Below are positions 62,152-64,000 of a stretch of 64,000 bases of DNA, one piece after another (the first letter of the stretch is position 1; each line of letters opens with the position of its first letter). Source of the DNA: the human T2T-CHM13v2.0 reference genome, Homo sapiens; NCBI RefSeq assembly GCF_009914755.1, contig NC_060930.1; one strand, given 5' to 3'. The notes under the pieces are model-generated. The model searched no databases. It was given only the letters and a program-made list of their open reading frames with translations, and had not been told where the DNA came from. Both the position numbers and the translations under genes were made by a program.

Positions 62152-62194
62152 TTTTATTTCAAATGCCAGAAAACCTCTGGCATTTGAAATAAAA
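62152..62194. repeat. Perfect 19-bp inverted repeat with 5-nt spacer
   Basis: ttttatttcaaatgccaga-aaacc-tctggcatttgaaataaaa. Confidence 0.95.
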
Positions 62195-63399
62195 CGTACT
62201 CAAATATATTATGTTCAGATGAAAAGCTGATTAAAATCTTATAAATATGTGTGGATGGCTTTCACATACAAAATAGTGTGGAAGGTGCATCTAATTATTC
62301 ATTACAATAACAGGCAACAGAAAATGAGTAGGCATATTGCTTTTTGTGTTGTATACAAAGGCGTACCAGACTTAGGGTATCATTCACACATCAAACACCA
62401 ATTATCTATCAGTTACCTTTTAGAGGAAAATATTAGTCTATTGACAGGCAGAGGGGGAAAAAGAAATAAAAACAAGCGATATAGGAAATTGAAAACCCTC
62501 ATTGATTCATATAAAGTCAACTAAAAGTGATCCGTAAGCCAAACTCTTATTATCAAATGTTTTAATTATAAGGTTAAAATATGTTATAGCAATCAGAAAG
62601 CAAAAATAAAAATAAAATTTCAATGATCAAAAAAACAAAAATCATTCCTGCCTTAAGACTCCTATAAATAACATAACACAATGTGCATTACCAATAAATA
62701 TTTTGAGGCTCAATGTCTAACTCCAAGATTTTTTATGTACAAATAAAATTTTGTTTAACAATACAGACAATTGAAAGGCATTTAATATAGGAGAGCATAG
62801 AAAACAAAATATGTATTTGCTTTTCTGTAGAGAATTGCTCCCGCAACTTTAGGTTGATATTGCTATGAAAACTAAGAAATTTCAAGAACTGAATCAAAAT
62901 TAGTAACTCAAGAAACAAGAAGTTGGAAATACAAGTATAAACTATTGAAAACAGAATTACTACTCTATTATTTCATAAGGCAATACATGTGAAAATAAAA
63001 TATAATTTTGAAAAATGTGATTTACAAAATAAGAACCATGGGAAAAAAGGTTATGTATCTTGTTATGATCATATATGATCATTATAGAAGCTGTAATAGT
63101 CTTCAATTAAAATCATTTTTCCAAGAAAACTTATATAAATTTTAAAAAAGTAAAATTGTGAATAGTCATGCTGGTATCTTTTACACCATTCATGCAAAAA
63201 TCTAGAAGTAAAAGTGAGGTTATGGTATTTCTTTATAGTAGAATTATAAATAAAGATTATATTCTTTTTTGTACTGTTTATGTTTTCAAATCTCCTTAAC
63301 AGGCATTTTATTTACAATAAAACATCCAGCAAATGTAACTAAAAACATAAAAACAATAAAATGTTGACTTGAATTAGGCTCTTGAATATATTAAATGAA

Positions 63400-64000
63400 A
63401 GATTGAAATCTGTGCATTTTATTATATACTGTACAAAAAACAATTACGCATTCTTGAAAAGGAGGATTACTTGATCATGGATTTGATTTAAAAAGAAAAA
63501 TCTGTCTGCAGCATAAGAAAATATAGCTTTGAATAACAGAAAATATTCAGAGGATGTCAAAAACCCAGATAAAAGTGATGGAAGGCTTGGAGTGTGGTCA
63601 TAGGGATAGAAATAGAAATAAGAGGTTGAGATTGAAAGAAGGTGAAGAAGTAGAATTGTCAGAAATTGGCAGTCAATTATATAAGGGTTAGGGGGTGAGT
63701 GAGAGGTCAAACATGACTTTAAGGTTTTGATTCTCATGAAAGAAAGAATGGCAATGTTATTAACAAAGATTAGGAATAGGAGAGAAAAAGACAAGAAGAT
63801 CAAAGATGGAGAGATGAAATACTTAAAATGTAACAATATAATCTGTCACTGAATCTATCTTACTATTGAGTAAAATGAAAGCTGAACACTGTTAATACAG
63901 ATTAAATGAAATTTTTAAAACTTGCTTTGACAGTTTGGGGGAAGAGTAGAAATAATTACTGAGGTCTGTGACAAGTCCTAGAAATTAAAATATCTAAGAA
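63400..64000 (-). mobile_element. L2 fragment
   Basis: Antisense L2 ORF2-like text (agtagaattgtcagaaattggc...gaggtcaaacatgactttaaggttttg); the minus ORF 63444-63836 reads as decayed L2 protein. Confidence 0.6.

Overview
This is very AT-rich, CpG-depleted primate genomic DNA, almost certainly human (it carries a Ya5-lineage Alu). It is intergenic or deep intronic. I see no intact protein-coding gene, structural RNA gene, CpG island or CRISPR. Roughly half the window is recognisable transposable-element sequence. This includes about 9 Alus (J, S, Y, a near-pristine Ya5-lineage copy and a Yd-lineage copy) and two 5'-truncated L1PA3/L1PA4 copies. There are also many ancient L1M, HAL1, L2 and MIR fragments, hAT MITEs (MER58A, MER1B, MER33-like, MER117) and MaLR elements (MSTA LTR, an LTR-int-LTR MSTB, a partial THE1). 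Solo ERV LTRs (MER52, LTR47, LTR27-like) and a decayed class III (ERVL) pol region on the minus strand complete the set. The long ORFs in the track are L1 ORF2 remnants, Alu or LTR read-throughs, or simple-repeat artefacts. I found no convincing new biological system. The best leads are: (1) an env-position region with a splice acceptor downstream of the ERVL pol; (2) an unidentified coding-like relic right behind an LTR47; (3) a roughly 640-bp GAA/GGA tract grown from an Alu tail; (4) two L1PA copies sharing non-consensus substitutions; (5) a likely polymorphic young Alu; (6) a multi-layer nested TE stack; (7) several perfect inverted repeats. Subfamily names come from remembered consensus sequences and need RepeatMasker/Dfam confirmation. 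Boundaries of old elements are approximate.
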